Assembly: GCA_012862495.1 (NCBI GenBank)
Contig: BLSG01000190.1
Span: 2,061 to 35,025, forward strand
Direction of reading: 5' to 3'
Source: Thraustochytrium aureum
Taxonomy: Eukaryota
Length of the DNA: 32,965 bases
A program made the position numbers and the translations under genes. How positions within the stretch are numbered: position 1 is the stretch's first letter; every line of letters begins with the position of its first letter. The notes under the pieces are model-generated. The model had not been told where the DNA came from and searched no databases. It saw nothing but the letters and a program-made list of their open reading frames with translations. Below are positions 32,382 through 32,965 of this stretch, piece by piece.

Positions 32382-32965
32382 ATGGCAGCGTTCTTGAGCG
32401 AGAGGCGCCTGCTGAGGCTGGACGAACCTGTCCAGCCGCTTGGCGCCGACGCCCAGCGGAGGCTGAGGCCCTGGCACGAGCGGATTCCTGCGCGGCAGCT
32501 TCGAACAATAAGAGCCCTGTTGCGGCGGCCCGTGGTTCTGGAGCGCGTCTTGGCGCGCGCGCGGCCACATGCTGGCCGGCTGCTCTTGTTTGCGTCGATG
32601 CAGCTCGAGTACTTTGAGGCTTCGCACGTGATTATTGACCACCCAAACATGCGATGGGCAGAGGCACTCGAGGAGCAATTCGCGGAGGCTCTTTTGATGA
32701 TGATGCTGTCGCAAGACCGGCCAGACCTGTGCCTCAAGATCCTCGCGCACATCCCCGCAATGCGCGAGCGGTTCAAGGCCCCGTTGCCAGAAGGCCCAAA
32801 ACAACTATTTGCCCGGTTTCTTGGGCCGGAAGGGTCGGCGCTCTCGGACCGGATCAGGCACGCCCTCCTGCGTAAAGCGCTGCGAATGGAGTCTGTGCCT
32901 GTCGAGTGCAAGGCGCGGTGGCTGCGGCAGCAGCTTGCCAGCCCAAGCGCCACGCCCCCGCGACG
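32382..32965 (+). CDS. Partial unknown protein running off the right edge
   Basis: Open frame from ATG 32382 (MAAFLSERRLLRLDEPVQ...LEYFEASHVIIDHPNMRWAEALEEQFAEALL...) with no stop before the window end. Missing from the ORF track because it has no stop. Confidence 0.55.
   Translation, partial: MAAFLSERRLLRLDEPVQPLGADAQRRLRPWHERIPARQLRTIRALLRRPVVLERVLARARPHAGRLLLFASMQLEYFEASHVIIDHPNMRWAEALEEQFAEALLMMMLSQDRPDLCLKILAHIPAMRERFKAPLPEGPKQLFARFLGPEGSALSDRIRHALLRKALRMESVPVECKARWLRQQLASPSATPPR

Noticed and set aside
31668..32804. 378-aa minus-strand ORF
   Set aside because: R/P/A-rich with no motifs; built from the direct repeat and the antisense of the + strand ORF.

Overview
GC-rich, gene-dense, intron-poor eukaryotic scaffold with nine N gaps. 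Gene content and style suggest a protist, possibly a stramenopile such as a thraustochytrid; that is an inference only. In order, the window holds: the 3' end of a possible Y-family polymerase; a small SelS/VIMP-like membrane protein; a type I methionine aminopeptidase; a TKL-type pseudokinase; an intact 1055-aa class C GPCR with an unusual BMP(PnrA-like)-Kelch-7TM architecture, followed by a relic of a paralog's TM7; a soluble adenylyl cyclase-like (ADCY10-type) gene; a secreted protein with tandem GDPH/VWD-like repeats; MPDU1; SLD5/GINS4 with one spliceosomal intron; a KIX-like fragment; a long minus-strand myosin locus; and a partial unknown ORF. The myosin locus appears to be one gene encoding motor + 6 IQ + coiled coil + 33-aa Sfi1-like repeats + ankyrin + degenerate FYVE. 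Many genes, including conserved housekeeping ones, are broken by 1-nt indels, mostly at homopolymers, which most likely are sequencing errors. The most interesting items are the BMP-Kelch-GPCR beside a cyclase and the myosin with putative centrin-binding repeats and a Rabankyrin-like tail. All family calls come from motif recognition by eye, not database searches.
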